64,000 nt of DNA from a bacterium (lineage in GTDB: Bacteria; Patescibacteriota; Minisyncoccia; Phycocordibacterales; UBA6899): positions 5,268 through 69,267 of the forward strand of contig JAYTWK010000013.1 of the NCBI GenBank assembly GCA_043743715.1. The letters are read 5' to 3'. Each line of letters starts with the position of its first letter. Within the stretch, counting starts at the first letter, position 1. A program made the translations under genes and the position numbers. Positions 8,459 through 18,358 of this stretch are shown one piece after another. The notes below the pieces were generated by a model. The model had not been told where the DNA came from. It did no database searches and was given only the letters and a program-made list of their open reading frames with translations.

Positions 8459-9406
8459 CTAATGCATAGAGTCGCCTCCATGCATCATGGTTCTCTCAGA
8501 AGAATCGTTTGGCTTAGAGTTTTGCGTGACAGGCACTACAAAGTCGGTTGTGAAGACTTTCCCATCTCTCTGAAATTGCGTAAAGACTTTGTATTTTCCA
8601 GCTTCAGGAAAATCAACCATAAAACTGACTTCGCCAGTCTGGGGTCGATTTACATCCTCCATCGGATGAGCATGAATGAAATCAAGATCGTTTTCCCGCA
8701 AGATAACGCTGTGGCCTAGTGCGCCAAGGTACTCTTCGAGATCAGTGATCGGCTTGCTATTTTGTTTAAGGCTGAAGCTCATCGCAACTTCCTTTCCAGA
8801 AACAGGTGGCTGGTCGAATGAAAGCGAAACTTGGTAGTCGCCAAAAGTTTTATCATTCTCTGCTGACTTAAGTGCGACTGGAGTGTAATTTGCACCAGTG
8901 CCAGCTGATACATCCTCTGAAATCGTGACGGGAAGCGGCATACTGTTTGAATTTTTTGCGCCTCCCGTAGGAGCAAAGTCGGCGAAAATGCGATACATAC
9001 CGTCAGCTGGCAACCTTAAGTCTTTAAGCGTGAATACTCCCGTTGCGTGACTAAACTCCGGATGTACGTGCTGGAAATTAGCAAGGTCTTTTCTCACCAC
9101 AATTACGTGCATTGGCTTAGTGTGGGTAATCTCGAAGTTTTTCAGCGTATTGCCTTGATCATCCACAATAGAGAATGAATATTCGTTTGGAGCGTTAACT
9201 GAATAAGTTTTGCCATCGGAGTTGGTCTTCATACAATACGACCGATGACTCTGAATTGGCATGGCGTCGGTAAGTGTGCCATTCGAGCCACAGTAAACAC
9301 CAGCGTTTGTCGCAACATCGGAAGGTGCAGTGTTGCTCATAGCAAACACCGCAACTCCTCCGATCACGACCAGTCCGATAATTCCTAAGATGATTTTGTT
9401 GTTCAT
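8459..9406 (-). CDS. Secreted/membrane-anchored heavy-metal-binding protein
   Basis: N-terminal TM; HTKPMHVIVV, FQHVHP, YLGALGH, FIHAHP motifs; downstream of CusA-type pump. Confidence 0.75.
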   Translation of the reverse strand: MNNKIILGIIGLVVIGGVAVFAMSNTAPSDVATNAGVYCGSNGTLTDAMPIQSHRSYCMKTNSDGKTYSVNAPNEYSFSIVDDQGNTLKNFEITHTKPMHVIVVRKDLANFQHVHPEFSHATGVFTLKDLRLPADGMYRIFADFAPTGGAKNSNSMPLPVTISEDVSAGTGANYTPVALKSAENDKTFGDYQVSLSFDQPPVSGKEVAMSFSLKQNSKPITDLEEYLGALGHSVILRENDLDFIHAHPMEDVNRPQTGEVSFMVDFPEAGKYKVFTQFQRDGKVFTTDFVVPVTQNSKPNDSSERTMMHGGDSMH

Positions 9407-9455
9407 ATGCTGTGTTGTTATTATACTTGTTTTCTATTTTTCTCCCCATAGATTG

Positions 9456-12400
9456 CTATTGATGCGTTCCATGCTGACCGCGCTTCAGGAATTTCTCAAG
9501 GCGTGGCGCATCATGGTGTCTGAAGTGGTAGAAGATAGACGGCGTGAAGATGAGCGATACAATCGTTGAGCTGATAAGTCCGCCGAAGATGACTACCGCG
9601 AGCGGGTGGAGCAGCTCCTTTCCTGGCTCTTGCGATCCGAGGATAAGCGGAACGAGCGCAAGCGCGGTCACAAGTGATGTCATCAAGACTGGCACCACAC
9701 GATCGAGTGTTGCCTGCACAACAATGTCCTTGGTCACGCCATTATCGTTATTGTGACCCACAAGATCAAGCGTATGGCTGATGAGGATGATGCCGTTTCG
9801 TGAGACGATACCTGCAAGCGAGATAAACCCAACGAGGTGCGCGAGGTTAATTTCTCCACCAGTAAGCCAGACTGATACCATTCCACCAAAGATGGCGGAA
9901 GGAATGTTGAGCATGATTTGAAGCGCAATTGGAATCGATTTGAAGGTTTGATACAAGACCCAGAGAATTAAGAGCAATCCGACTCCAAAGAGAATCCCCA
10001 GGCGGTTACTATTTTCCTTCTGGCTTTTGTAGGTACCTTCGTACGATATGAATTGACCTTGCGGGAGCGTTGACCTGTCGAGTGTTTGTTTTACTGACTC
10101 TACTGCGCCAACAATATTGCCGCCCTGATAGTTTGCGCTTACGACGAGTACGCGCTTACCACCTTCATGACTAAATTTGTTGCGCCCTGCATCAAGGCGA
10201 AGTTCCGCAGCGTTACCGAGTGACCCCACGTTCTCAAATGGGAGGGAAAGATCGCGAATGCCGTCGCTGTTTCCTCGCCATGCAGGATCGTACCGAAGTG
10301 TGACATCCGTGCGCGCTGGTCCTTCCTGCACTTGTCCAACACTTACGCCCAAGAGTCCCTGTTCGAGCTCTTCAGCAATCTCACCACTCGAAAGTCCTTG
10401 ATCGGCAAGACGGTTACGGTCTGGATAGATACGGAGTTCTGGAAGCAAGACCTCTTTTTGGACTTGTGGATTTTGCACGCCTTGCTGCTTTGTGAGTAGA
10501 GTGCGTATAAGCTCCGCTGTTGATTTAAGGTCTTTGAGGTCATCGCCATACACCTTGATGACAATTGGTGCACGGACTCCTGAAAGAAGTTCCTCGACGC
10601 GGTGCGTAATAGGCTGTCCGAGAGAAAAGTCAGCGCCTTGAAAACGATTAAGTACCGTTTGGACTTTTGCGAACAGGCTTTCTGTTTCTCCCTCTAGACC
10701 CTGCTCGAAGGTAACCTGTATTTCGCTTACGTTTGCACCACTGTCGTGAGGATCGGCACCTGCTCGCCCTGTAATGTGTCCTACCCGCAGCACACCATCA
10801 AGTTTTCCAATCTCTTTTTCAACACGGGATGCGAACGCGTTTGAAGTCCCCAAGTCTGTTCCAACAGGAAGTACGACTGAGATGGTCGCTGATCCCTCAT
10901 TGAAAGGAGGAATACCTTCTTTGCCTGCAACGTAATACATACCGACCGTGAGAAGAATGCCGAGCCCGGTCGCTATAAGGAGCGCCTTTACGTGGTTGAT
11001 TCCCCAACGCACGAAGAATTCCATTTTTTGTTTTACGTAGCGCACGAATCTTGTGTCGCCCTCGTGTCCAGTAAGACTTTTTGGTGTAAGCAAGAGAGCG
11101 CATAAGACTGGCGTAATCGTCACTGACACAAGAAGCGATGCAAGAAGCGCCACGAGATACGCCGCGCCAAGAGAGGAGAGCAACCGCCCTTCAACGCCTG
11201 GTATGAAGAACACAGGAAGAAAAACGATCACGACCAACACGGTCGCAATCATAATGGAGCTCAACACCTCTCGCGTACCTTCAAAGACAACGCGATGAAG
11301 AGGTTCGTGCATCCCGTTCTTTTTCCACTCTCGCAGTCGTCTGAACACGTTTTCAACTCCGACAATGGCATTGTCGACAAGTTCTCCAACCGCAACAGCG
11401 ACACCGCCGAGCGTCATGACGTTCACGCTAAATCCAAGAAGTTTGAATACGATCGCCGTGACGAGAATGCTTAGTGGGATCGATACTAATGTGATGAGTG
11501 TCACGCGCCCGTGCATGAGGAAGAGCGCGAGTATGAGTGCAACGACCACAATACCTTCAAGGAGCGCCCTTTGCACATTGTTGAGTGCTGCATTGATGAA
11601 CCATTCTTGCCTAAAGAGATCGTTTTGGAGCACCACCTCTTTAGGAAGAGATTGACCGATTGCTGCCAAAGCACTATCGACTGCCGTTGTAACTGCAAGC
11701 GTTTCTGCGTCGGGTTGCTTTGCTATACGCAGTACGACCCCAGGGTTACCGTCAATTGTTGCCGCACCGCGCACTGGACTTACTCCTTCTTGGACGACAG
11801 CTACATCAGCAAGTCGAATTCCGCGGCCATTCCATGTAGTGATTCCAATCTCCTCAAGTTCTGCGATATCTTGTGGGGCGACCAAGATGCGGAGCGGATA
11901 TTCTTTACCACCCTGTACCAAAAGCCCACCACTTTTATTTGCTAGTACTGGCGATAATTTTTGTTCAACATCAGCAATGGTGAGTTTGTATCGACGCAAC
12001 GCTTCTGGATCGAGGTTCACTTGCCATTCTTTAACGTCACCACCAAGAACAATAATGTCACTCACTCCGGGGACGCGCAGAAGTGCAGGACGTACAGTCC
12101 AGTCTGCAAGTGTTCGAAGTTCAGTGCCAGAAAGCGTGCCTTTCTCCGATGTGAGTCCGACCCACATGATTTCTCCCATGATCGAGCTCACAGGGCCAAG
12201 TACAGGGCGCACCCCCGCAGGGAGTTCCAGTCGTCCAATACGTTCCTGAATAATTTGTCGATTGCGATAGATGTCTGACCCCCAGTCAAATTCAGCCTGC
12301 ACGATGGCAAGACCAAATGACGCAGTGCCACGCACACGCGTGACACCCGGTGCACCCGCAACAGCATTTTCAACAGGAGCGAGTACAAGCCGCTCCACTT

Positions 12401-12578
12401 CTTCGGGCGCAAATCCTTCTGCTTCGGTAAATATTGCGACGGTCGGCTTATTAATGTCTGGCAGAACATCCACTTTCATAGTCAGGAATCCCCACACGCC
12501 GAGTGCAGACACTGCAAGAGTCGCGGCCACAATTCTCCACGAATGTTGTAGCGAAAATTTAATGATTTTGTGCAACAT
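9456..12578 (-). CDS. CusA/CzcA family heavy-metal efflux RND permease
   Basis: DVLPDIN..TV, APEEVER, GELVDNAIVGVEN, RVVPVLMTS, PLAVVIFGG; start taken at MLHKII. Confidence 0.93.
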   Translation of the reverse strand: MLHKIIKFSLQHSWRIVAATLAVSALGVWGFLTMKVDVLPDINKPTVAIFTEAEGFAPEEVERLVLAPVENAVAGAPGVTRVRGTASFGLAIVQAEFDWGSDIYRNRQIIQERIGRLELPAGVRPVLGPVSSIMGEIMWVGLTSEKGTLSGTELRTLADWTVRPALLRVPGVSDIIVLGGDVKEWQVNLDPEALRRYKLTIADVEQKLSPVLANKSGGLLVQGGKEYPLRILVAPQDIAELEEIGITTWNGRGIRLADVAVVQEGVSPVRGAATIDGNPGVVLRIAKQPDAETLAVTTAVDSALAAIGQSLPKEVVLQNDLFRQEWFINAALNNVQRALLEGIVVVALILALFLMHGRVTLITLVSIPLSILVTAIVFKLLGFSVNVMTLGGVAVAVGELVDNAIVGVENVFRRLREWKKNGMHEPLHRVVFEGTREVLSSIMIATVLVVIVFLPVFFIPGVEGRLLSSLGAAYLVALLASLLVSVTITPVLCALLLTPKSLTGHEGDTRFVRYVKQKMEFFVRWGINHVKALLIATGLGILLTVGMYYVAGKEGIPPFNEGSATISVVLPVGTDLGTSNAFASRVEKEIGKLDGVLRVGHITGRAGADPHDSGANVSEIQVTFEQGLEGETESLFAKVQTVLNRFQGADFSLGQPITHRVEELLSGVRAPIVIKVYGDDLKDLKSTAELIRTLLTKQQGVQNPQVQKEVLLPELRIYPDRNRLADQGLSSGEIAEELEQGLLGVSVGQVQEGPARTDVTLRYDPAWRGNSDGIRDLSLPFENVGSLGNAAELRLDAGRNKFSHEGGKRVLVVSANYQGGNIVGAVESVKQTLDRSTLPQGQFISYEGTYKSQKENSNRLGILFGVGLLLILWVLYQTFKSIPIALQIMLNIPSAIFGGMVSVWLTGGEINLAHLVGFISLAGIVSRNGIILISHTLDLVGHNNDNGVTKDIVVQATLDRVVPVLMTSLVTALALVPLILGSQEPGKELLHPLAVVIFGGLISSTIVSLIFTPSIFYHFRHHDAPRLEKFLKRGQHGTHQ

Positions 12579-12582
12579 AGAT

Positions 12583-14280
12583 TTATTCGTCGTGAGTATG
12601 TCCATGACCGTCACCATCCGGAGTCGACGTTGCGTCCGGAATGGCTGCTTCTTCAATCTTCATACCCTCGATAATATTTTCAGACGCTTGTGGGACGTAC
12701 GTATCCCCGAGCGCGAGACCTTGGAGAATCTCCACCGCATCACCAAATGTGCGTCCTGTTTTTACAGCACGAGAGGTGATGACCCCACCATCTCCAACCA
12801 GCCATACGTGCGGATGATTCTCTTCGTCCCAAAATACCGCTTCAAACGGCACTGCAATTGTTTGCGACGTCCTTTTCTCAGGCACCACGCGCACAGACAA
12901 ATGTGCAGGCCACTCAAGTTCTCCGTCAATACGCGCATCAGCCATGAAGGAACCGTTTCCATCAAGTCCTGTTCCTACACCGGTGATTATTGCGCTTCGA
13001 ATATCTTTGGAGAATCCCGGTCTAATGATCTTTACTTCCTGACCCTTTTTTGGGATTTCCACATTGCTTGGGATACGAAAGCGAACGATTTTGTTCGTCA
13101 GTACTCCAGAACTGATCGATGCGACAGCGTTGCCTGGTTCTGCATACTCACCAATCTGTCGCGTTATCGCCGAAACATAACCGCTCTTCGGTGCGATAAT
13201 CGCAGTGCCGCCTGTTATTGCGCCAGATACGGCACTATATGAGGCTTCAGCCGCTTCAAGTTCGCTTTGCGCGACTATGCTCTCGCGATCAAGTTCCGTG
13301 AGTTTAGTCGAGGTATCACGGGTGCGCTCTGCATACTCTTTTTCTTTCTCTGATACCGTAAGCGCGGCAGCTCGATATTTTTCAACCGCATCATTAAACG
13401 CAGCCTGATCGTCGGTAATTTTCTTTCGCAGCGATTCAAGATTTGTTTGAGTAAACGCCTCCCCATTCGCCACGCTTGCCGATACAAGTCGCGTGGACGC
13501 CAAGAAATACTCAGCGCCTTCTTGGTCAGGCACTCCATTTTTCTCAAGTGCACTTACGACTGTTGTAGCTGCGGTAAGATACATGTCTCTCAGACTCGAA
13601 TTTGTTGCACCAAACCACCAAAGCAAGGTTTGAGCGTAGAAATTGGCTGTGGAAGAGAGTACGTCTCGACTGTTTCCCGAGTAAGTCGAATATTCCGTGA
13701 CCACCGCCTGGCGCAATGTTGCTCGTACGGTTTCTTTTGCCGCAAGAACGGATTGCTTTGCTTCGTCTATGGCGCGTAGCGCGGTGTCGCTCGAAGTAAA
13801 TGTAGACAGTTGGTCTTTCGATTGTCCCACGAACGTCCGAGTCGATTCGGCTTTTGCTTTTGCTTGGGCAAGTAGGGTGGATTGTCCGGCAAGTGTTGCG
13901 GCTAATTCCGGCGTGAGGGGCACAGCCGAAAGTCTTCCGAGTGTCTGTCCAGCTCGAACATATTCTCCAATAGATACATCCCAAGAGACAATGGTGCCTT
14001 GTCGCGGTGGTTGTACATCGGCATCATTGGGGGAGATAATTTCTCCCGGCCATGATGCGAATGTCGCAAACGCCTCACTTTCTGAACCTATTGTTTGAGT
14101 TGTGGGATTGATTTTTGTATCTGTCGAAGTAGCAGTTGTTGAATTGTTTGATGTAGGCAGGTTCAGTACTCCAAGAGTCACGACAAGTACCAAGAGTATC
14201 CCCGAGGCAGCATGCGTTGCGAGAGGGAGCTGCTGAAACTTACCCCATATGCCAGTAGCAACGTTTCGTAGTGATTTCAT
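12583..14280 (-). CDS. RND efflux periplasmic adaptor subunit with His-rich tail
   Basis: TM anchor, lipoyl-like halves, coiled coil, VPFEAV, VKTG..FGDAVEILQGL, C-terminal DGHGHTHDE. Confidence 0.85.
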   Translation of the reverse strand: MKSLRNVATGIWGKFQQLPLATHAASGILLVLVVTLGVLNLPTSNNSTTATSTDTKINPTTQTIGSESEAFATFASWPGEIISPNDADVQPPRQGTIVSWDVSIGEYVRAGQTLGRLSAVPLTPELAATLAGQSTLLAQAKAKAESTRTFVGQSKDQLSTFTSSDTALRAIDEAKQSVLAAKETVRATLRQAVVTEYSTYSGNSRDVLSSTANFYAQTLLWWFGATNSSLRDMYLTAATTVVSALEKNGVPDQEGAEYFLASTRLVSASVANGEAFTQTNLESLRKKITDDQAAFNDAVEKYRAAALTVSEKEKEYAERTRDTSTKLTELDRESIVAQSELEAAEASYSAVSGAITGGTAIIAPKSGYVSAITRQIGEYAEPGNAVASISSGVLTNKIVRFRIPSNVEIPKKGQEVKIIRPGFSKDIRSAIITGVGTGLDGNGSFMADARIDGELEWPAHLSVRVVPEKRTSQTIAVPFEAVFWDEENHPHVWLVGDGGVITSRAVKTGRTFGDAVEILQGLALGDTYVPQASENIIEGMKIEEAAIPDATSTPDGDGHGHTHDE

Positions 14281-14290
14281 ATATGTTTGG

Positions 14291-14515
14291 TTAGTCGTTA
14301 TGAGGAGCTTGTCCTCCATCGTCGTGTGCTGCTGGGGTTGTGGTGGCATGTGGCGTCTTGGTGTCATCGTGTGGCGTTGATTCAACATGCTGTGCTTCAG
14401 TGTGTCCATCTCCTGTAGTGTGTAGGGGTGTACTTGAGCGTCCAATTAGGGTGTAGGCAATAAGCCCTCCGACAACGACAATGGCGGCAATAATGATATA
14501 GAGTGATGTGTTCAT
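14291..14515 (-). CDS. Small His-rich membrane protein
   Basis: MNTSLYIIIAAIVVVGG then repeated His motifs (GDGHTEAQH, PHDD, AHDD, PHND). Confidence 0.7.
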   Translation of the reverse strand: MNTSLYIIIAAIVVVGGLIAYTLIGRSSTPLHTTGDGHTEAQHVESTPHDDTKTPHATTTPAAHDDGGQAPHND

Positions 14516-14608
14516 AGTTTTTGTGATTAGTGAGTGCAATAAAAAGCACTCAAACTTTTTAAGTAATAAGAAAACGCATAACACACTAAGGTGCCTGCGT
14601 AGAAAAGC

Positions 14609-14989
14609 CTAGATCAGAAGGACTGTTTTTTGATCTAAGGGCAGATCCGCTGGAATATCTGACTCGTCCTGGGGTGAGAGCGATTGATGCTCTTCTAGAA
14701 TCTTAATATCAAAAAAGGCAACGGGTGCGCAGGAATGAAAATGCTGATTCGGAGTATGATTGTTCGTCGTACGTTGACTTACCGCTTGATGAAGTTCGGT
14801 AGGGCACGGGACATGATCATCAGTGTCCGGTGCATGAGGTGTCTCGTCAACATGGACACCCACATCCGCACTGGCAATTCCTGCATCGGTGAGAAATGTA
14901 TGGCTAAACGTAAAAGAAAATACCGCCGCAAGAAAAACGACTCCCAGAACCTTTCTATATTCTTTGGCGAAGCGGAACATTATTGCCAT
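14609..14989 (-). CDS. His/Cys-containing membrane protein upstream of metal efflux operon
   Basis: TM helix, DDHVPCP..H, ends KTVLLI. Confidence 0.6.
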   Translation of the reverse strand: MAIMFRFAKEYRKVLGVVFLAAVFSFTFSHTFLTDAGIASADVGVHVDETPHAPDTDDHVPCPTELHQAVSQRTTNNHTPNQHFHSCAPVAFFDIKILEEHQSLSPQDESDIPADLPLDQKTVLLI

Positions 14990-15087
14990 ATTTGCACATA
15001 ATTACTCAACTGTACAATTTTTGTAAACTACCCTGTGCCAAGAGCGCAGGGCGTTACAGACGGAAGAGCTTGGGTTAGTTTAGATTC

Positions 15088-15287
15088 TGACCGGTACCCC
15101 AAATATTGCACACCTTCCTCTGCGATATTAGCAGCATAAATCGTGGAATAAGGTCATGAAAAAGTTCCGCATCGCGCCCGAAGTTAAGGCGCAGATTATC
15201 AGCCGCATTAAAAATGATGGTATATCAGTTGCCCATGCAGCCAAGGATGCTGGTATTGCCAACAGTTCCTTGTTGCAATTCAGGTGA
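15088..15287 (+). mobile_element. IS3-family left-end remnant
   Basis: TGACCGGTACCCC end-like sequence and truncated HTH orfA 15156-15287 MKKFRIAPEVKAQIISRIKNDGISVAHAAKDAGI...*. Confidence 0.55.
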
Positions 15288-15335
15288 GAATTAGAGCCTC
15301 CCCATTAGCTCCGGTCGTCGTGATATAGTTTCGTT

Positions 15336-16607
15336 ATGAGTAAGAAAAATCTGATACTAGCTCTCGTTGTTATTGTTTTGGCAATCCTGTCTTATTGTGT
15401 ATATTTTTCCATACAAGAATCCTCACTTAGTGTGAAGATGTATCCTCCAAGCTGCGATCCTTCAAAAGTCGATTGCTCGAAATTTACTCCTGATGGTACG
15501 CTTTTTGTGCGAGAGCCTCAACCGGAAAATCCTACAAGTACAACTCAAGTAGGACAGATTGATGAACATTTGTTTATAGATAACGCGCTGAAGGAAGTAG
15601 AGTTTTGTGGCAACTCTTACCGCGTGAAACAAGTCTTAATAAATGGGGTTGATGTTATGCAGCGAGTGGCGGAGCTGGCAACAAAGAATTTATTGCCAGA
15701 AACTTTCAAGGTGGGGCCATACCTGCCACCCATGGACGAGTGGAGAATAGTTTCAAATAAAAATGGGGAAGTGGCAAAAGCAATTTGTGAAAACATCCAA
15801 AATAACACTGTTGGCGAAATTATTATGGTGGATGTTTTTACAAATACGTACCCAAATACAGATATTGGGCAGAAAGAGCAAAAAACATATCAAGTATCTG
15901 CGCCAGGCTTTCATGTTGTTGTGAACTCTTCAACAAATGAAATTTTTACTTCCAGTGATTATGATGGAAGTGTGATAGGTCCTCTGGGTAAATTAGAACA
16001 AGTAAACTCTGCAACGACAACAAATCTTGGCCAAATTATCGTAGCAGGAAAAGATGCGATAGATAATAACGTTGATAAATGGAAGACATACACAGATAGC
16101 AGATACGGATTCCATTTTATGTATCCGAATTACTTTGGTGACTTATATAAAACTCAACCAGAGAGTAACCAAGCAGGTATTTTTGTGGCAAAAGCTGCCC
16201 ATGGTGGATATGAAATTAAGTACAAGGGTAGTATAGAAGCACTTTCGTCGTGGGTTGCTGACATTCAAAATACTGTCGGGCTACTTCAGGTAAATATATA
16301 TGACCTAAATTCCTATAGAATTTCAGACGTGTCTAGTGGAATTGAGTTCTCTTATGATGCAAACAAGAAACAGTGGTGGCAGGATAATGGGCAAGTTCGT
16401 GCAACTTCAACACTTATGAAAGTCAAAATCGGAAAGAGTAATCTTGTTGGTTATAAAATTCTCATCGGAGATGCTGGCGAAGGATTCGAATACAATCTAA
16501 TTCCATTAGCCGATAAAAAAGTAATGTTGGAGGTGGTGATATACAAAGGGATGGGTGGTATTCAAAATTTACCGATAGATAAGATTTTATCCACATTCAG
16601 AGAATAA
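15336..16607 (+). CDS. Hypothetical surface protein (N-terminal TM)
   Basis: 423 aa; WKTY...YGF.F.YP motif common in CPR surface proteins. Confidence 0.8.
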   Translation: MSKKNLILALVVIVLAILSYCVYFSIQESSLSVKMYPPSCDPSKVDCSKFTPDGTLFVREPQPENPTSTTQVGQIDEHLFIDNALKEVEFCGNSYRVKQVLINGVDVMQRVAELATKNLLPETFKVGPYLPPMDEWRIVSNKNGEVAKAICENIQNNTVGEIIMVDVFTNTYPNTDIGQKEQKTYQVSAPGFHVVVNSSTNEIFTSSDYDGSVIGPLGKLEQVNSATTTNLGQIIVAGKDAIDNNVDKWKTYTDSRYGFHFMYPNYFGDLYKTQPESNQAGIFVAKAAHGGYEIKYKGSIEALSSWVADIQNTVGLLQVNIYDLNSYRISDVSSGIEFSYDANKKQWWQDNGQVRATSTLMKVKIGKSNLVGYKILIGDAGEGFEYNLIPLADKKVMLEVVIYKGMGGIQNLPIDKILSTFRE

Positions 16608-16767
16608 AAAAGTTCCCCAGCAGGAAAACTTTGGGTGCTTTCTTTGTTTACTGAAACAGAATGTTGCTCGTGTTATTTATGAGGCGCGCTTGTGTCGAAC
16701 AAATCTGAAACCGGTACTGACCGTGTAACGGTCGAAACTCCTCCCATCTGCCACCCTGAAAATTGCC

Positions 16768-17928
16768 TTAATCTTTTTTGACTTGGAGAAGCACCAAGAT
16801 GCCGAGTATTATCAAAATGCTGCTGACCGCTAATGCTGTAGCGGGTCCACATACTTGCCATAGATAACCGCCCATGACTCCTGCACCGAGAGCACCAAAT
16901 CCCGACACAGCATTAAAAAGCCCATAGGCGCTTCCACGTTCATGCTCGCTTGTCATCTGAGCAAGATATGAGCGGCTGACACCGTCTGAGAGTGCTTGAT
17001 AGAGGCCGAGGAGCAAGAAGCTGAAGACGAGAACGGGTACCGTATCGGCAAAGCCGACTATTATGTACCCTAAAATAAGCGTTAGGTAACCGACAATGAT
17101 CACAATGCGCGGTCCTCGCTTGTCGCTCGCGTTTCCGGCAACCACAGAAAGGCCTGCGTAGGTCACATTGTAGATGGAATAAAAAAGAGGAATAGAAGCG
17201 AGAGAGAGGCCTAGCGACTGTGTTTTTAAAAGCAATATGGCAACGGGTATTGTTCCGAATGAGAGTAGGAATAGTGAAGCCAAGTAAATCCTTACTCGAG
17301 GAGAAAGCACTTTGATGCCCGAGACACTCAGAAGCTTTGAGCGCACTGCTCCTTTCACATCGTCGACAAAGAGAACGGTGAGGATGGCGAGAAATCCCAG
17401 TACGAAGGCTGTCATAAACACATACGCAAAGCGGTCAGGAAAAGCCTGGAGTATGAAATACGCAATGAATGGGCCGATGATCGCACCGGCAGTGTCCATC
17501 GCGCGATGATAGCCAAAGGAGCGCCCCAGCTCTTCTTTTGGTGAAGCGAGAGAGATGATGGCATCACGAGGAGCTTCACGAAACCCCTTGCCGATACGGT
17601 CGACAACCCGAAGTCCTATCATTCCACCTACACTCGCAAACATCGTATAAAATGGACGAGAAAGAACTGAGAGGGTATAGCCAAATAGCACAAACACTTT
17701 CCGCTTCTGCATTCTGTCAGATAGGTAGCCTGAATAGATTTTGACTACATTCGCAAAGCCATCGGCTACTCCTTCGACGATTCCAAGTGCGGCCGCACCA
17801 GATTTAAGTACTGAAATGATAAAAGCAGGGAAAATAGCAGTAACCATTTGTGACGAAATGTCATTGAAAAAGCTCGTGATACCAAGCAAGAATATGTTAC
17901 GTTCGAGTCCGAAGTATTTTTTATTCAT
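16768..17928 (-). CDS. MFS transporter
   Basis: About 12 TM; SGYLSDRMQKRK, DRIGKGFREAPRDA, GYHRAMDTAGA. Confidence 0.92.
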   Translation of the reverse strand: MNKKYFGLERNIFLLGITSFFNDISSQMVTAIFPAFIISVLKSGAAALGIVEGVADGFANVVKIYSGYLSDRMQKRKVFVLFGYTLSVLSRPFYTMFASVGGMIGLRVVDRIGKGFREAPRDAIISLASPKEELGRSFGYHRAMDTAGAIIGPFIAYFILQAFPDRFAYVFMTAFVLGFLAILTVLFVDDVKGAVRSKLLSVSGIKVLSPRVRIYLASLFLLSFGTIPVAILLLKTQSLGLSLASIPLFYSIYNVTYAGLSVVAGNASDKRGPRIVIIVGYLTLILGYIIVGFADTVPVLVFSFLLLGLYQALSDGVSRSYLAQMTSEHERGSAYGLFNAVSGFGALGAGVMGGYLWQVCGPATALAVSSILIILGILVLLQVKKD

Positions 17929-18087
17929 TATGAGGAATAATAACATAGGACTTAGCAAGGGGTTGAAATTCGTGGCGTGGGATGATTAGAGCCGTGCCTT
18001 ATGGCCAAATAGCGTCATGGGTGCTCGAGACGCGTCGAGAAAGTATGCTAAACTATCATTAATCCGTCAGGCAGGGCAGCACTCCGA

Positions 18088-18161
18088 GGACGATTAGCTC
18101 AGTTGGTTAGAGCATTGCATTCACATTGCAGGGGTCACAGGTTCGAATCCTGTATCGTCCA
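18088..18161 (+). tRNA. tRNA-Val(CAC)
   Basis: GGACGAT/ATCGTCC acceptor, D arm, anticodon loop TTCACAT, GGTTCGAATCC T arm; CCA not encoded. Confidence 0.95.
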
Positions 18162-18358
18162 CAATATAAAAACACTCGTTTTGGGTGTTTTTATATTGTG
18201 GACGATAGGAAGCAATCTGCTTTGCTTCCGGCAGGATTCGAAAGGGATTTTGCTATTGAGCATGCTCAATCAAAATCCACCCGCGGCGGTGGCCGAGAAT
18301 CCTGTATCGTCCAGAGGAGTTTTGCACGTTTCCTATAGAGATGTGCTACCATTGCAAA

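Noticed and set aside
12271-13242. 323-aa plus-strand ORF and similar long antisense ORFs (4559-5578, 41031-41738, 56955-57677)
   Set aside because: Shadows of real genes or gene fragments on the opposite strand, with no recognisable motifs
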